Shown piece after piece: positions 28,462 to 43,859 of a stretch of DNA of 64,000 nucleotides. The notes under the pieces were generated by a model. It was not told the DNA's origin, searched no databases, and saw only the letters and a program-made list of their open reading frames with translations. This DNA is from Trichosphaerium sp. ATCC 40318 (Eukaryota; Protista; Tubulinea), in contig JALMLS010000105.1 of assembly GCA_038496445.1 (NCBI GenBank), forward strand, positions 31,379 to 95,378. Reading direction: 5' to 3'. The translations under genes and the position numbers were made by a program. Each line of letters starts with the position of its first letter. Position 1 is the first letter of the stretch.

Positions 28462-29344
28462 ATGTTTGCGGAGCTCATCAACAAAACGAAAAAACAACGG
28501 GAGGAAGCCGAATTGTTCAGTGCTAGTCTTGGCAAAGTATTTGGCTTGGAGTTGACAGATACACAGAATGGTGAGCCTACACGCTTCTAAACACTGACTG
28601 ATATAAATAGGAAACGAATACGCGATTCAGTGCCCAAAATGCGGCAAGTGGCTACAAATCAAGTCAAAAGCGCTCCAACAGAGCCAACTGGAAGAGCATA
28701 TGCTATCGCATAGCTCTCTCGTTTGTCCAGGGCTTTACTTAGGTACACTTAACATTTCACGAACTTAAATGGACTCATGTCAATATGTAGGAAGTGAAGA
28801 CAATTCAAAAGAAGACTTGCCGAGCCAAGGCATTACACACGTCGTTAATGCTGCATTACAATGTAAAAATATGTTTGAGGACAAACTGACCTATGTCAAC
28901 TTTAGACTATACGTACGCTGAATCTAACGTACTTGACGACCCCTCTAATAGCCTCAAAGGATATAGATGAACAACGTATACCTATTGCCGATGCAGTAGC
29001 CGCCATAGAAGACATAATAAGCAAGGTAGTCGAACAACAGCAAATTTTTAAAATGGACTGACATTCTTGTTTAGGATGGTATTGTATTTCTGCATTGTAT
29101 TCAAGGTATTTCTAGAAGCGGAACAATGGCTGTTGCATACGTCATGAAAAGCAAAGGAATAACACTTAAAGAAGCGCTTGCATATGTCCGAGAACGAAGG
29201 TCGATTGTAACACCAAATAGAGGGTTCTTATACCAACTGTGCCAATATGAAAAATCAATATACCCGGATAAAGAGCCATCCCTTAAAATGGTCAAGTACT
29301 GGAAAGGAGAAGCGCCAGTGTTCAAGGACCATCCGAATCCATAA
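28462..29344 (+). CDS. Dual-specificity protein phosphatase with N-terminal CxxC...HxxxH zinc finger
   Basis: HCIQGISRSG catalytic loop, GITHVVNAA, RSIVTPNRGFLYQL; CPKC...EEHMLSH. Confidence 0.85.
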
Positions 29345-29395
29345 TACGCCTATCCAGAGAGTTGTTGTACATTAATAAAGATCCAATCCAAATCG

Positions 29396-30898
29396 CTACA
29401 GCGAGTATGTATCCAAAGAATAGTCATTGTGGTTCAAGCCCGGAATTTCCTCTGTTGCGCCTAGTTCTTCCACAGTATTGGTTTGTGTGGATTGCGTTGG
29501 TTCAGGATATGGTGATTGATTCGTATTTGGTTGTGGTGATCCATTCACGTTGGGTGGAACTTGCTCAGCAACAACTTTGTCGTTCTCCACACCAACCTTT
29601 ACACCTAGTTTTTCAAGAATTGGATCTTTGATGACGCCGGCAGGCACCATCTTTGCGAAATATGCTTGATTATCAATATTGTTCTCACACAAGTTGCGAA
29701 TACACAGAATAGCCCATTCACGACCCACTTTAGTCGCAACAAGTCAGAGAAATTTTAATTAAAAATGGTTGTAAAACAATTTTCTAGAAAAGACTCAGAA
29801 ACGCACGTGGATTATGTAATTGAAACGTCATATAGTTGAGCAGTACTGGGATAACACCAGTCTCACGAACACAGTTTTGACCATAAGAAAATCTAGCGAC
29901 GAGCAGTGCTATGCATGCAGCACAATCTCTACCAAGGCCATATTCTTTTTTGTGCGTTTCAGCCACATCTGATAACAACATCGTTAGCACCTCGCTGCAT
30001 GACTGACTTTAAACCGCGTACGTTTGATTCTTTCCAATAAGAACCAATTGTCGATGGCCAACTTGCGGGTGGCGTTTGGTAGACCTGGTAAAAGAGAACG
30101 CAATATTGACAACGAGGCATATAAAACATCAATGTGAGGGTTATCCTTCTCGTCTCTTGGTAAACATTGTGTGATGTACTTGGAAACAGAATCAGGTAGG
30201 ATTACAGCTTCGTCTGTATCTGATAACTCTTCAGACAAATCTTGAAGGATTAACGTCTTAAACGTGGGATACTGCTCCATCATGTGATGGAAATGTGTTT
30301 GTGCCAAATGCCCAATTAGAAATTGCCTCTCGGAGGAAGCTTGGCAACCAAGGGCGTATTTTACGAGAAGTGGCGATGAGATGATGCCTTGAGTGATAGC
30401 ATCACTACTTTTACACATGTAAAACAACAGCAATAAAAAAGGTGCATCCTGTCCGGCTACAAGACGAGGTTGTACAAGACTAATCCATGTGTCAGATGTA
30501 CAACTTGCTTATTATCACGTGACGTACTGTAACGCTTTTGGATATATGAGTTTGTATAAATACACAGCATTCTCTGAGTTGAAACCTAATAGAGCCATTA
30601 AAAAGCTTGGCAGCAAAGAAGCCGTACACGCAACAAAATTGCACCAAAGTTCAAGAGCAGTTTGAGTTATTTTGGATGCTAAAGAGTTCGATTAGTAACT
30701 GTAGTACAAATATAATGCCGTACAATCTATGTCTTGGCGCCATAGTGACATTAAGGACTCAACAAGCACTGGCATGACTGAAATTGATCGCAGTACTGTT
30801 TGTGCCTCTTTCTACGCTGTGTAAGCACTTGGTTGTACTGTTAAATGTAAGCTACCGAATTACAAGCTCTACGAATCGACAACAGAATATCCTGCCAT
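29396..30898 (-). CDS. ATXN10: Ataxin-10 homolog (ARM repeats)
   Basis: REWAILCIRNLCENNIDNQ and QNCVRETGVIPVLL match the Atx10 C-terminal motif. Confidence 0.8.
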
Positions 30899-31218
30899 TC
30901 TTGCAACACTGTATCGCCTTTCCAGCTACGATAGCTTTATTAGCGAGGAAATGACTCGAAACACTTCAGAAAACATCAATACGCACTCTAATTCCGCTTT
31001 AAAAGCGTTACAAGAGGACTGGCGATAGCTAACATCAGCTAACAAAAAATTAAACGTGAAATTGTACAAAGTGGCACTCAAGTGTACCAATAACGCGTGT
31101 CCAGTCTATATTCTGCATTCCAACGACGTCAACGCTTATAGTATGTAGAATTATGCAGTTTGGGGCTAATCGCGACTTAAACGCTACAATAAAATTTGCA
31201 TACGCAACTATTTTTGCA

Positions 31219-33213
<1,995 letters not shown>

Positions 33214-33389
33214 TACAGATGTTGTTCTTGTACAATGGTTTACAATAAAAATAACAAAATATATAATCACAACTGCGTCCAAACCCTCAAGGCACAAAAT
33301 CACTTTTTGGCTAATTACAAGGAGCGAAGTTTAACTGACAAAAGATGTTTATTACGTGAAAAAACGACTACCAGTACATTTATTTGCTC

Positions 33390-34606
33390 TTATCCATAGT
33401 AGTATATTTTGACATGTGCATCCTTTACTGCCTTTAAACCTTTTTTGGTAATACGTAGACAACCATATAGTTTTAACGCCTTGACATTACAAAGCTCATA
33501 GAGCCAATCATCCGTTGCTTTTGTGTATGAAAGATCTATTGTATGTGCATTTTGTAAACTTTTCATACAATGTCCCGTTATTCCCTCACAGTACGCCAAC
33601 TTTATTATATGAACACCAATCAAAGCTGAAACGCCGTTATCTGTGATTGCAGAACAATTTGCCAGATTGATCGTATGTACTCCAGCTAAAGCCTTGACGC
33701 CTTTGTCTGTGATTGCAGAACAATACGACAGATCGATGCTATGCACACCTGCCAGCGCCACCAGTGATACATCTGTCACCGATGTACCACACAATGTAAT
33801 ATTGTGTACACGTGCTAAAGTCTTAACACCTTTATCTGTCACAGCTGTTCGACTCAAATCTATTGTATGTACTCCACCCAAAGCAGAAATGCCAATGTCT
33901 GTTACTGCTGTGCCACAGAGCTTGATGTTATGAACACCAGCAAGAGCTGAAATTCCATCATCAGTAACAGCATCATTAGTCAAATCTATAGTGTGTACTC
34001 CAGCTAATGCAGTTAAAACGTCATCAGTCACATTTGAGCGTGTTAAAGCTATGTGCGACATGCCTTTTAGTCCTTTAAGGCCTTCAGTAGACATTCCAGA
34101 ACATAATTCCAAATGAATGTGATTGAGATGTTTGATTAGTGGTACTATCCCTGCATCTGTAATACTTGGACAACGGTCCAAGTGCAACTGACGAACGCCA
34201 CAAAGATACTTCAATCCCTCGTCTGTGATGTACTGGTTGTTGTAAAGGCGCAAAGACTGAACGCCTATAATAAAAGCAAGATCACTGTCTTGAGCCTGTT
34301 TGAACGACTTAAATGATATTTCGGTGTTTTTGAGGAGAGGACTGTCTGACAAAAGAGAACAATCATAACTTGATCGAACATAGATAGTGCCGTAACCGAC
34401 GTGGTAGTGGACTATGTCCGAAAGTCGTTTGCAGCTCTGAGAAACACTAAATCGATCTAAAAACCCAACAAATCCTATTAAATGGGCGAGCACTCCATTG
34501 GCACATCTAAAAGATGAATAGTATCTACTTGGGTCTGTTCATGCGTATTCTCTGTGTAAACTGTTAATCGTTGAAATCTTGCTTCAATGGAATCGTTTGC
34601 TAACAT
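33390..34606 (-). CDS. F-box/leucine-rich repeat protein (apparent 1-nt frameshift near 34495)
   Basis: About 12 LRRs (GVHTIDLSxTxVTDxG) in an intronless 367-aa ORF; F-box-like LLDVP/VLAHLIGF split across frames. Confidence 0.8.
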
Positions 34607-34986
34607 GGCGCCTGAGCTGGCAATGTAATACAAAAAAGAACAGCTTTCGCGTGGCGTCAGTGGCGGTCAATCCAAATCTAGTCAGAAAGCACTGACACTT
34701 TCTACGATGCTGACAATGGTGCTATACCACCAATTCACAGACGTTTTGGTTGCAACCACATCCTGCAAAAGTACCTTGCTTTTGAGTGTCTGTTCATTGA
34801 CTGGACTTTGAACAGCTCTAAAACCACGAGATTTGGCTGGTCATGTATGATTTCTAAGGCATCGGTGGAGAATTTGTCAAATTAAAATTGTTTACTAAAG
34901 TCCACACAATACTCGAAAATTTGAGATTTCACTCTAATTCCATAAAAACGCGAACGCTACACCTCTAAAGGCTTTTTATACTTGTT

Positions 34987-36273
34987 ATGGCTTCCGTGAT
35001 CGAATAGTACGAGTCTGAAAGTCTAACAACGTAGTGTAACCCGCTAACCAGTCCTTAGTCGTGTACCTATGCCTCTGAGCGTAGATGAGGTACGCACAGT
35101 AAAGCCAATTGATTGTTTTAACAAAATGTAGTACAAACGAGCGCAGTTGTACATGGTGGCAAAGTTCAGCAAGGTACACTACAATGATGTTAATTTAATC
35201 GCTTATTAACAAAAACAGGAACACACATCAAATGGCGAGGGCATAGAAATCGTTACCAATAAACCTATGAAAGCCGAAGAGGCCGAAATAAAGGTAGATT
35301 GCCAATACACGCACAAAATCATACATTTACGCAAGTACGTAATAGCCAAACGTAACTCCGACCACTCATTACGCTTTAGGAAGTTACCTGGTTGGATTCA
35401 AGCGTTGTTGCCAGCAAAAGTTTCCGCGTTAGAAATACACGAAACAGCTTGGAATGCATATCCGCGCACCAAGACTACTTATAAGGCACGTAAATAATGT
35501 CGGCTACTCTGCCTCATTATCTAACGTTCCGTAGAGCCCTTTTCTTGGTGATCAGTTTTCAATTTCCGTTACTACAGTGTATTTGAACGATAAAGGCGAC
35601 ACGGAAAACGTGCGTTATATTTGTTTTGCGTATTTGACGATCCCTACATTTTTTTTTGCGCCTTTAACTTTTCTGATGAAACAGGCTCTCGATTTAGACA
35701 AAGCGGCGTTGGGTAAGAGAAAGGTTGATATTATTGATATTGCCATGGAGGACCCAGAACAGAGCAAGTACAAAGAAGCCGAGGATCCTAAATTGTTCTT
35801 GTCTGAAAAAACAGGAAGAGGTAAGCTCGAAAAAGGTTGGAGAGATACATCAAATCCTATCATGACAAGTTACAAACACGTCTCAGTCTTAGTCAGCGTA
35901 CGAACTGCATTGCGTATAAACATGTACTCACCACCTTTTTTTGGTTAGACATGGTGGGTAGGTGGTAGAATACAAGGTACGAACACATCCCTTCAATAAT
36001 ATTATTGGTTTTTTTTCTTTTTTCCTGACAACATGCTTCACAGACTATATTCAAAGCGTTATTCGCTCCATCTTATTGTTGGGACACCGACAAGCAGTGT
36101 GTTGGATCGATGAGTGGTGGAACTTGACGATGGAGGATATTCGAGAGCTTGAAGAGAAGACCAAGACAGAACTCGAAGAACAAATGAAGGAAACTGGAGA
36201 GGACAGTGCAACCAGCGAAGAAGGTGTAGCTTCGCCAAAGAAGAAAAAAAAGAACAAGGCCAATGAGGCATAA
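34987..36273 (+). CDS. Phosphatidylinositol transfer protein (class I/II PITP)
   Basis: GEGIEIVTN, QYTHKI, ETAWNAYP, SEKTGRGKL, GHRQAVCWIDEW. Confidence 0.92.
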
Positions 36274-36535
36274 ACAGAGCTTTTTTTGTACAATCGAATA
36301 ATTTATTCGTTTTTTCTCTCCCTCTGATTAAAAATTGTCCAGTGCACAGTGTGATGGGTAATTGCCCTGACTTTAAAGTGGCAGACTGACTTGTGGGCTA
36401 TAGTACAAGCAAGGGAACGGAAGTAAATACGAGCCTCCGATATGAAGGAGCATATTACAGCCTGAAAAGGAGCGAGTGGCCTGGTTTTGATGTTTTAGTT
36501 TTTTTTTTCTTTGCCCTAAGTGTTATCAAAAATAT

Positions 36536-39500
36536 TTAAGCTGTGCCCTCTTCCTTGGCCTCTGACGCTGCAGCTTCAGCAACAGCATTACGCAAGCCAG
36601 CTGCAACTTCATTCTTTATTTGAAGACCAAACTGTAACATGTTGAGACCAGCCGTCTATTTAAAAAGTGTGAGAATACTTGCGTGTTGTGTGGCCAAAAC
36701 AAACTGAACGTACTTGATTTTGCATATTCTCAATGTCCAAGTGTTCTTGAGTGTTGTCCAGTTGCACAGTGGCAGTCTCGTTTTCACGCGCAGCACGTGC
36801 GGCTTCTCGTTCTTGTTGTAGCTGCTCAGCCTTACGCTTCTTCTCATCTTCCTCTGCTTGCTTTTTGCGGCGCTCTTCTTCTTCAGCGGCAATGCGTCGC
36901 TGTTCTTCTTCCTCTCTGAGCTTGCGTGCTTTCTCTTCGCGCTCCAACGCCATTTTTTTCTCAATCTCCTCGCGTTCTTTTTCGCGCTGTTTGTTCTGTT
37001 CTGCACGTTTGGTGAATTCATTCCAAGCAGGATTCGCTGTAGTGTCTGTTGCTGTGGAAGGCGCAGGCTCTTCCTTTGGCGTAGTTTGTCCAAGAATCGA
37101 CCATGACGAAGGATTTGCAATCTCAACTTTTTCTGGAGCAGCGGCACTCTCATCTATTATTTTAGGGGCTTCAGGTACGGACTCCAAAGGATTAGGCGGT
37201 TTGACATCAGTCATGACAGTGTCTTCTTGCATTGCATTTTCATGTGTGACGCCATTCGCTGTGTTTGGTAGTGCTCCGCCAGTGATGGGTTCAGGTTTAA
37301 CATCAACGTCCATACTGTCGAGAGCTGGTTCTACTTTCATGGCGGTTGGCTCTGTATTCTCAGTCTTTACACTTGACATGGTCATGGACGGTGTGGCTGC
37401 AGGTCCTCCTACCTCTGTATCAGAGGCAGACCCAGAAGACGATGAAGAAGAGTCTGAAGAATCCTCATCCGAAGAAGAGGACGAATCATCACCACGTGAC
37501 TTTTTCTTGTGATGTTTTCGTTTAGATTTACTTGGAGCGGCACGCTGTAGCAAAAAAAAATGAGCGACATTTTAATTGGCTAAAAAAGCAGAAAATAATT
37601 GCGTGCATAGCGCAATACGTACTGGTTGGTTGTTAGGAGTGCTCTTGATCTGTACAGAAGGTGGTTGTGTTGTAGGTGGTGCTGGTGTAGGTTCCCTGGC
37701 AGAGGCAGGGCGATGGCGTGCACAATTCTTAACATAGACCTCCAAGCGACGCAAACATTGCGCTGACATTTTGTCAATATCCAATTTGAGAGATCCAACA
37801 TCAAACTAACAAGAAAATGTGAGTCGACCACGTAAAGGGAATACAACCAAAACGGAAATAAAGACAAGAGGGGGGATATACGTACAGTCAACTCTTCAGG
37901 ATGCTCCTCTTCAATTAATAGTACAACACCTAGATGATGGTCGGCGTATTGAAGCCCATTAACGGCCTAAAAACGCATATTTAGAATTTTTGACAGTACT
38001 ACAACCACAAACGAACAAAACAAAAAAAAAACTTGTCGTACCTGAGATAAAGCCAATTTTTCATCGTAGGTTAAAGCTTCAGGATCTGTTCGCTTCTTTG
38101 GTAGATGTGGTATGTCTGGTTGAGCCTCGACAGGTGGCCTGGCCAAACCTTGCTTCTTTAACATTTGTAAATCAGCCTCGCTCCGTTTCACAGTTTCAAC
38201 GAGATCTAACAAGTCACTGCCAACATCAGGCGTATAAGCGCCTTGAGGGTCTTGCATAAGGAAGCTGTCGTCACCAGATTGGTTCATCTTGACTTGTTCT
38301 TGCAATTCACGATAAGATGCTTCAAACTGTTTGCCCAATCTGACGGCTGAGGTGTGAATCGCTGTCCCTTTGTCGTTGAATTTCTTTGCATTACTCCAAA
38401 CCAATCTAACTGCTGCTGCGAATTCTCTCAATGACTTGAATTTTTGAGCTTCGATATTTTTCTAACAACAAACTATCAATACATTGACGCACTATAAGAA
38501 ACAAAGAAAAAAAACTAGCCAATTTGAATAAACAAAATGTCAAAATGTCAAAATGTGATTATATATTGTTGACTAGATTGAAGCCGCGACCCAGCAATAG
38601 AATATGAATAGAGCAATTAATTACCTTTACGCTACCAAGATCCATAGGCTTCTTAATGAGCTTAGGATATGAAGGAATGCCCAAGGCTACAGGATCAACC
38701 GGTTGATTGAATGGCCAAGACTCTCGCTTTTCCATGAGGTTAACTACAACCTGCCACGCCAATTGCCATTGGTGTGGCAGTGGTGGTGCATTGGTCGTCA
38801 TATCTCGCGAACGGGACATACTGTTCCTGGTCCTAGACGAAACATTTGGGATGGTGTTGACACCAAGCTAAAACAAATATACCTTGAGCGTTTTCTAATC
38901 ATTGGAGTGCTAGGGGCGGCCAATACAGGTTTTAGTTTTCTACCTCGACCTACTTGCTGGGCCACTTGCACACGCCCTCGACCACGGCCACGGCTGTTTG
39001 ATGTCACTTTGCCACGACCCTAAAACACAGCGTCAATACCGTACTACTTAGACATTCATCACACCAATCTCTCGATGTGACAAATAAAAAAAACAATTTG
39101 AAGCGTCTAATGTATTTTTTTGTCGAAGGGAGGGCGATACATAATTTTTTTTAATTATTTGAAAAAGCACCCAAGCAAGGAAACGAAGAATTCTACAAAA
39201 CCAAAAAAAAATTATTAATTCAATTTCTGGAAAACAAAATTGTTTAAATAGGGTTATAGTGTATACATAGTGCGCTTTTTAAAAGAACAGGTTGCTCCGT
39301 ACTCTGCCCCGTGAAGGTGCCACTGGAGGAGTCGTTGCATAGGCGCGTACAGGTTCTTTGGACCTACTCAAGGCGTTTTGTAACATTGCAAGTTCCTTTT
39401 CAATGTCGCTTATCTCTCCTTGCAGCTCTGTTCGTTGTTTTTTTGGTGCAGGTACCGCTGATGGGTCGTCCGCTTTTCGCTGACAATAAGTTATTACACG

Positions 39501-39792
39501 TGCACGCGTACAATGGCAAAGTGGCGAAAATAAAACGTGTCTTGTAAATTTGGCGTTTTTTGGGAATTAGGCGCCATAATATGATTGAACGAATGCCAAA
39601 AAGAGCAAAAGGGCTATATACGCTCCAAATGCGCTGATTTTTGGCCCACAAGCAGATTATAACGGCTAACTGCGGCAAACGAGGCAAAACACGTTCTTAT
39701 ATGTGTAATACGCCGTTTTTATGGCGTATTATGGCTGTGAGAGGTGAATTGCAACTTACCTTCGTGCGAAGGTTCTGTTTAGGAACGGACAT
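36536..39792 (-). CDS. Single-bromodomain + ET-domain protein (BET/GTE-like)
   Basis: [31 protein letters not shown]...[12 protein letters not shown]; [10 protein letters not shown]...[19 protein letters not shown] (ET); AWNEF plus charged C-terminus. Confidence 0.9.
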
Positions 39793-40269
39793 CTGTTGAA
39801 TGGGCGGAAAATTGATCTATTGGGACGAAAATGGCATCACTGAACGTGTAGGATCGTAAATAGGTAGTGATGGCTGTCGAATGAGGGTACGGCGTAGAGT
39901 ACCTTCGCTAAATGAATTGAACGAAACAGCTTGACTACGAAAAATAGCGAAATTCACAGTCGGACCAATGGCGCAAGAGTATTTTATGAAATTTACGACA
40001 AGTCGCCAGAACTCTGGGAAGGCTATTAAATTTCGTGTGAATGATACCCGCGCTGTATCCCGCCAACTAAATGCTTTTCGTATACAGGAATTTTCCGCTT
40101 CGCAGTTTATAAACGAACCCGCTCTGTATCGTTCTTGTGTTTTTGTTTAAACAACGAACCACTCTCCGGAAGCTAAATGTTCCACACGCGCTTTGCTTTT
40201 TCTGATCATCACACGATCTCTCTTTAAGGTCACTATTTCGAGCTCTTTTGCTTCTCAAATTACACTGCA

Positions 40270-42081
40270 CTACAACTCTTCTTTATTAGAGGTCTCTGCG
40301 GCCTTCTGTATTGATGGTAACTTGTCTATTGGGTAATTACGTGCAGATCCTCCCATTAGCTTATTCAACCACGTGTTTATCTCCTCAGCCTCGAATCCGT
40401 ACATCTTTACGCTATTAGTTATTGCCACGTAGGCGGTTTACGTACGAAAGGAGCTACGCGGTTTTTTTGCGTTACAAGCACACCAAGCGTTGGATACATT
40501 TGCGATAAGCCCATTTCATCACCAACACTTGGGTATTTCAAAGGATTCACCCAAACCACTTTGAGGCGTTGCACAAACTTTTCTGCCACGAGGTTTAGCT
40601 CTGCTAGCTCCCTGTTGCGACAGAGAGTTACAATGTAGTCATTTGAGATTTGACGTGTCAAAATGTTTTTTAAAGTGTCACGCACTCTTTATGTGTTTCT
40701 TCGTCTTGCTCATCCAGTAATGCAACAAGGCACAGCTTATGATTTAAACATTTCTTTTCAAATGTTTCTTGATCGTTAATCTCTACCACCTAAACCGTTT
40801 CTCAGACAAATATCGCAATGTGTATGTTCTACCTCTGGTAAAACCGGTTCTTTTGGTGGAGGGGGAGCGTTGGCGTTTTGTTGTGCTTGTTGCTGTTGGT
40901 CTACAAACTTCTCCATTGGCGCAATAGAGGATAAGTACGCTTCGAGTGCTGGTCCCTTCATTGATCCTGTTGCTAGGTGAGCTGGCATGCAATTTATGTA
41001 GTTAAGCACCTTCATAAATCTGGTGTTCGCCAGTTTCATCAATGATAACAAGGGCAGGAAAGTTTTCTACGCCATACTTGGCTATAATTTCTTCCTCCTT
41101 ATCTGATACTATTCCAAAAAGTATTCTGTATTTGAATGTGGTTGCCAACCCCTTGCAAAGGATAGAAGGTTTATTTTTGGGAGTAAAGAGCAGTGCCTTT
41201 ATGCCATCCTCGCTGCACGTACTAAGTTTAGCACCAAAAAAAAAAAAAGAGGGATAGATTTACCTTTCAAATTGTTCAATTGTGTCAGATGTCAGTATAC
41301 TTGTGAGATCTGGCACCTGTCTAGCAGCAAACGACATGAGAGATTTCGCCGTTCGCGGACCCTGTTGGTAGATGAGTTAGTATGGTATTACCTCTAAACA
41401 TTCTCGTACCTGATATTGTACAGGTTGTTTGATGTACTCTCCTTCACTACGTTCACGTGGTTAGACAACACTTACGACCGTATTTGAAATAAATTGGCAC
41501 CTTCCACCTGGTCTTTGAGTTACCTCTGAAGGGAATACGAGTACTGTTGGTAGACCTGCAGCATTGGTGAGATGGCGGCGATGTAGGGAATGAGTATGTC
41601 GCACTTTTGATTTGGAATGCTCCTGCGATCTCTTTGTGTACATCCACGTCAATGGCTGCCACTTTGACAATACCGCCAAGTTTTTGTGCTGCTTTGGAGA
41701 ATTCCTAGTGAGCTTGTCAGTAACAAAGACGCCACAATCCAAATGACACTGTGAATAGAAAAACTTTGCGTACTGGTGTAAATTTTTGACAGTGGCCACC
41801 TGAATACGGGTAAGGAACTTTTGACTTGGAATAACTTGTCACGTACACCATGGTGCGTAAAACTCAACAACCCAAACTGCTGTGGAACCGAAAACTATTT
41901 GGCCAAAGTTATCTACGCTCTGTGAGTGCTATCGGATAACGCGAAGTAGTCATTATTGATTTAAAACCAATTTACCTTTATCCAGATTGGTTATAACGTT
42001 TTTATCCTTGTCGTAGAACCCGGCTAGAGTACCAATACACAAGCACGCTAGCAAAGCAAAGCGAAGTTTAAAATCTGCCAT
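40270..42081 (-). CDS. PDI/thioredoxin-family ER protein with KEEL retrieval signal
   Basis: Signal peptide, WVVEFYAPWCGHC across an intron, ends ...NKEEL*. Confidence 0.85.
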
Positions 42082-42206
42082 TTACTAGCACGTTAACTGT
42101 CAATGTGGTTTGTGGTATTTGTTACGCGTGATCTCACCTGTGAGGTAATGGATACGTGTCAGTTAAGTCGCTAAACAAAATAGATCTATTAAATTCACCA
42201 TCTGAA

Positions 42207-43671
42207 ATGCAGCTAGTGTACTGTATCCTCCTCGCTCTACTCGCCGCGTGTATAGCGGATGATGTCGTCGTACTCAACTCAAAAAATTTTCAAAAGGAGG
42301 TTCTAAAATCAAATCTACCTTACCTCGTTGAGTTTTACGCTCCATGGTACGTTCACAAGCTGTTTGGGTAATGTTGACGTGGCAATAGGTGTGGACACTG
42401 TAAAAACCTCGAACCAGCCTGGAAAAAGGCCGCCACACAACTAAAGGGCAAGTTTCTTTCGCTTTGGCGTTATTTTAACTTTTTACAGACCTCATACCTG
42501 TTGGTAAAGTCGACGCAACCGTAGAAGGCAACCTAGCCGGACAGTACGGTGTAAAGGGATACCCAACCATCAAATTGTTTGTCAAGGGCGAAAGTAAGCC
42601 AAGAGACTACAACGGTCCGCGTGATGCCAAGGTACGGCAAAGTTTTTCCGCGTTAACCGCCAAGTCAACTTTTTTGGATTGGAACACCGACTTACGGCAA
42701 GTAGTCCATCATGAAGTACGCTTTGAATTCGTTGCCAAATAGAGTGCACGTCATTTCGACAGCCGACAAGGTACTACAAATCACGTGATTGTTATCCCTT
42801 GTTTATTTTTTTGTCAGTTACCAGGTTTCTGGTCAAAACAAGAAGAAATCCCACACGCCATCTTGTTCACATCCAAATCCAAAACATCCCATACCTTTAA
42901 GAGTCTTGCAGCTAGATTTATTGACAAAATCGTATTTGCAGAAATTCGCGAAGGATCTTCCGTCGCTGGTACGTTTGCCCATGGCCTCCCAGCGTAGTAC
43001 ACATGCCTCTTTGTTTAATAACTCGAATGTATAGACAGCTTTGAGGGCATTGAACAATACCCAGAACTCCGTGTATACACCTCAAAGGATGCCGAACCAC
43101 AGAAGCACGAAGGTGCCATGAAACCAAGTGATCTCGTAGCCTTCCTTGGAGGCTTTGCAGGTGAAGAAGCAGCGCCAGAAAAACCAAAAAAACAGGCTGC
43201 AGCAAGCGTTGAGATCAAAGGACAGACTATTGTTGACATAAAAGATGTACGTAGCTTTGTATGTTGGTTGGCTGACCGCATCATTAGGAAGCTGATTTCG
43301 AAGCCAAATGTGGTAAGCTCTGCGTTGTTGGTATTTACGAGGCAGGGTAAGTAATTTTGTTGCTCTTTTTTTTTTGAGTCTTTACACAAAAGTAAACAAC
43401 ATCTAACTTTGTTAGTTCTGATGCCGAAGCTGTTATGACTGAAGCACACTCTAAATTCAAGGCCGATGGTAAATTCGAGTTCTTGCACATGGAACCTGCA
43501 GCAGGCTCAGAGCTTGGCGCCAAGTGTGGTGTACCAGAGGCTCCAGGCCTATTCGTTTTCAAATCTAAGCGTAAACGATTCTCAGCTGCCACTTCCTTTG
43601 ATGACGCCGCTGTACAATCACTCCTTGAACGTGTACTAGGAGGTGATGCAAAATTCTCAAAAATGGAATAA
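42207..43671 (+). CDS. PDI/thioredoxin-family protein (P5-like single active domain)
   Basis: Signal peptide, [27 protein letters not shown]; ends FSKME*. Confidence 0.88.
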
Positions 43672-43859
43672 AATCTTGATACTTTTTTTTTATTATTGAA
43701 CAAACTAAACTTACAATGACATATCCACTTCAACGGTCATTGTCCAAATCCTTCTTTGGATTCTTTGGCATGGTTTTTTGTAATTTTCTAAAATTTTTAA
43801 AATATTTCGCAATGAATGAATGAATGAATCAATCAATCATCAATGCAGATGGTCATAAA

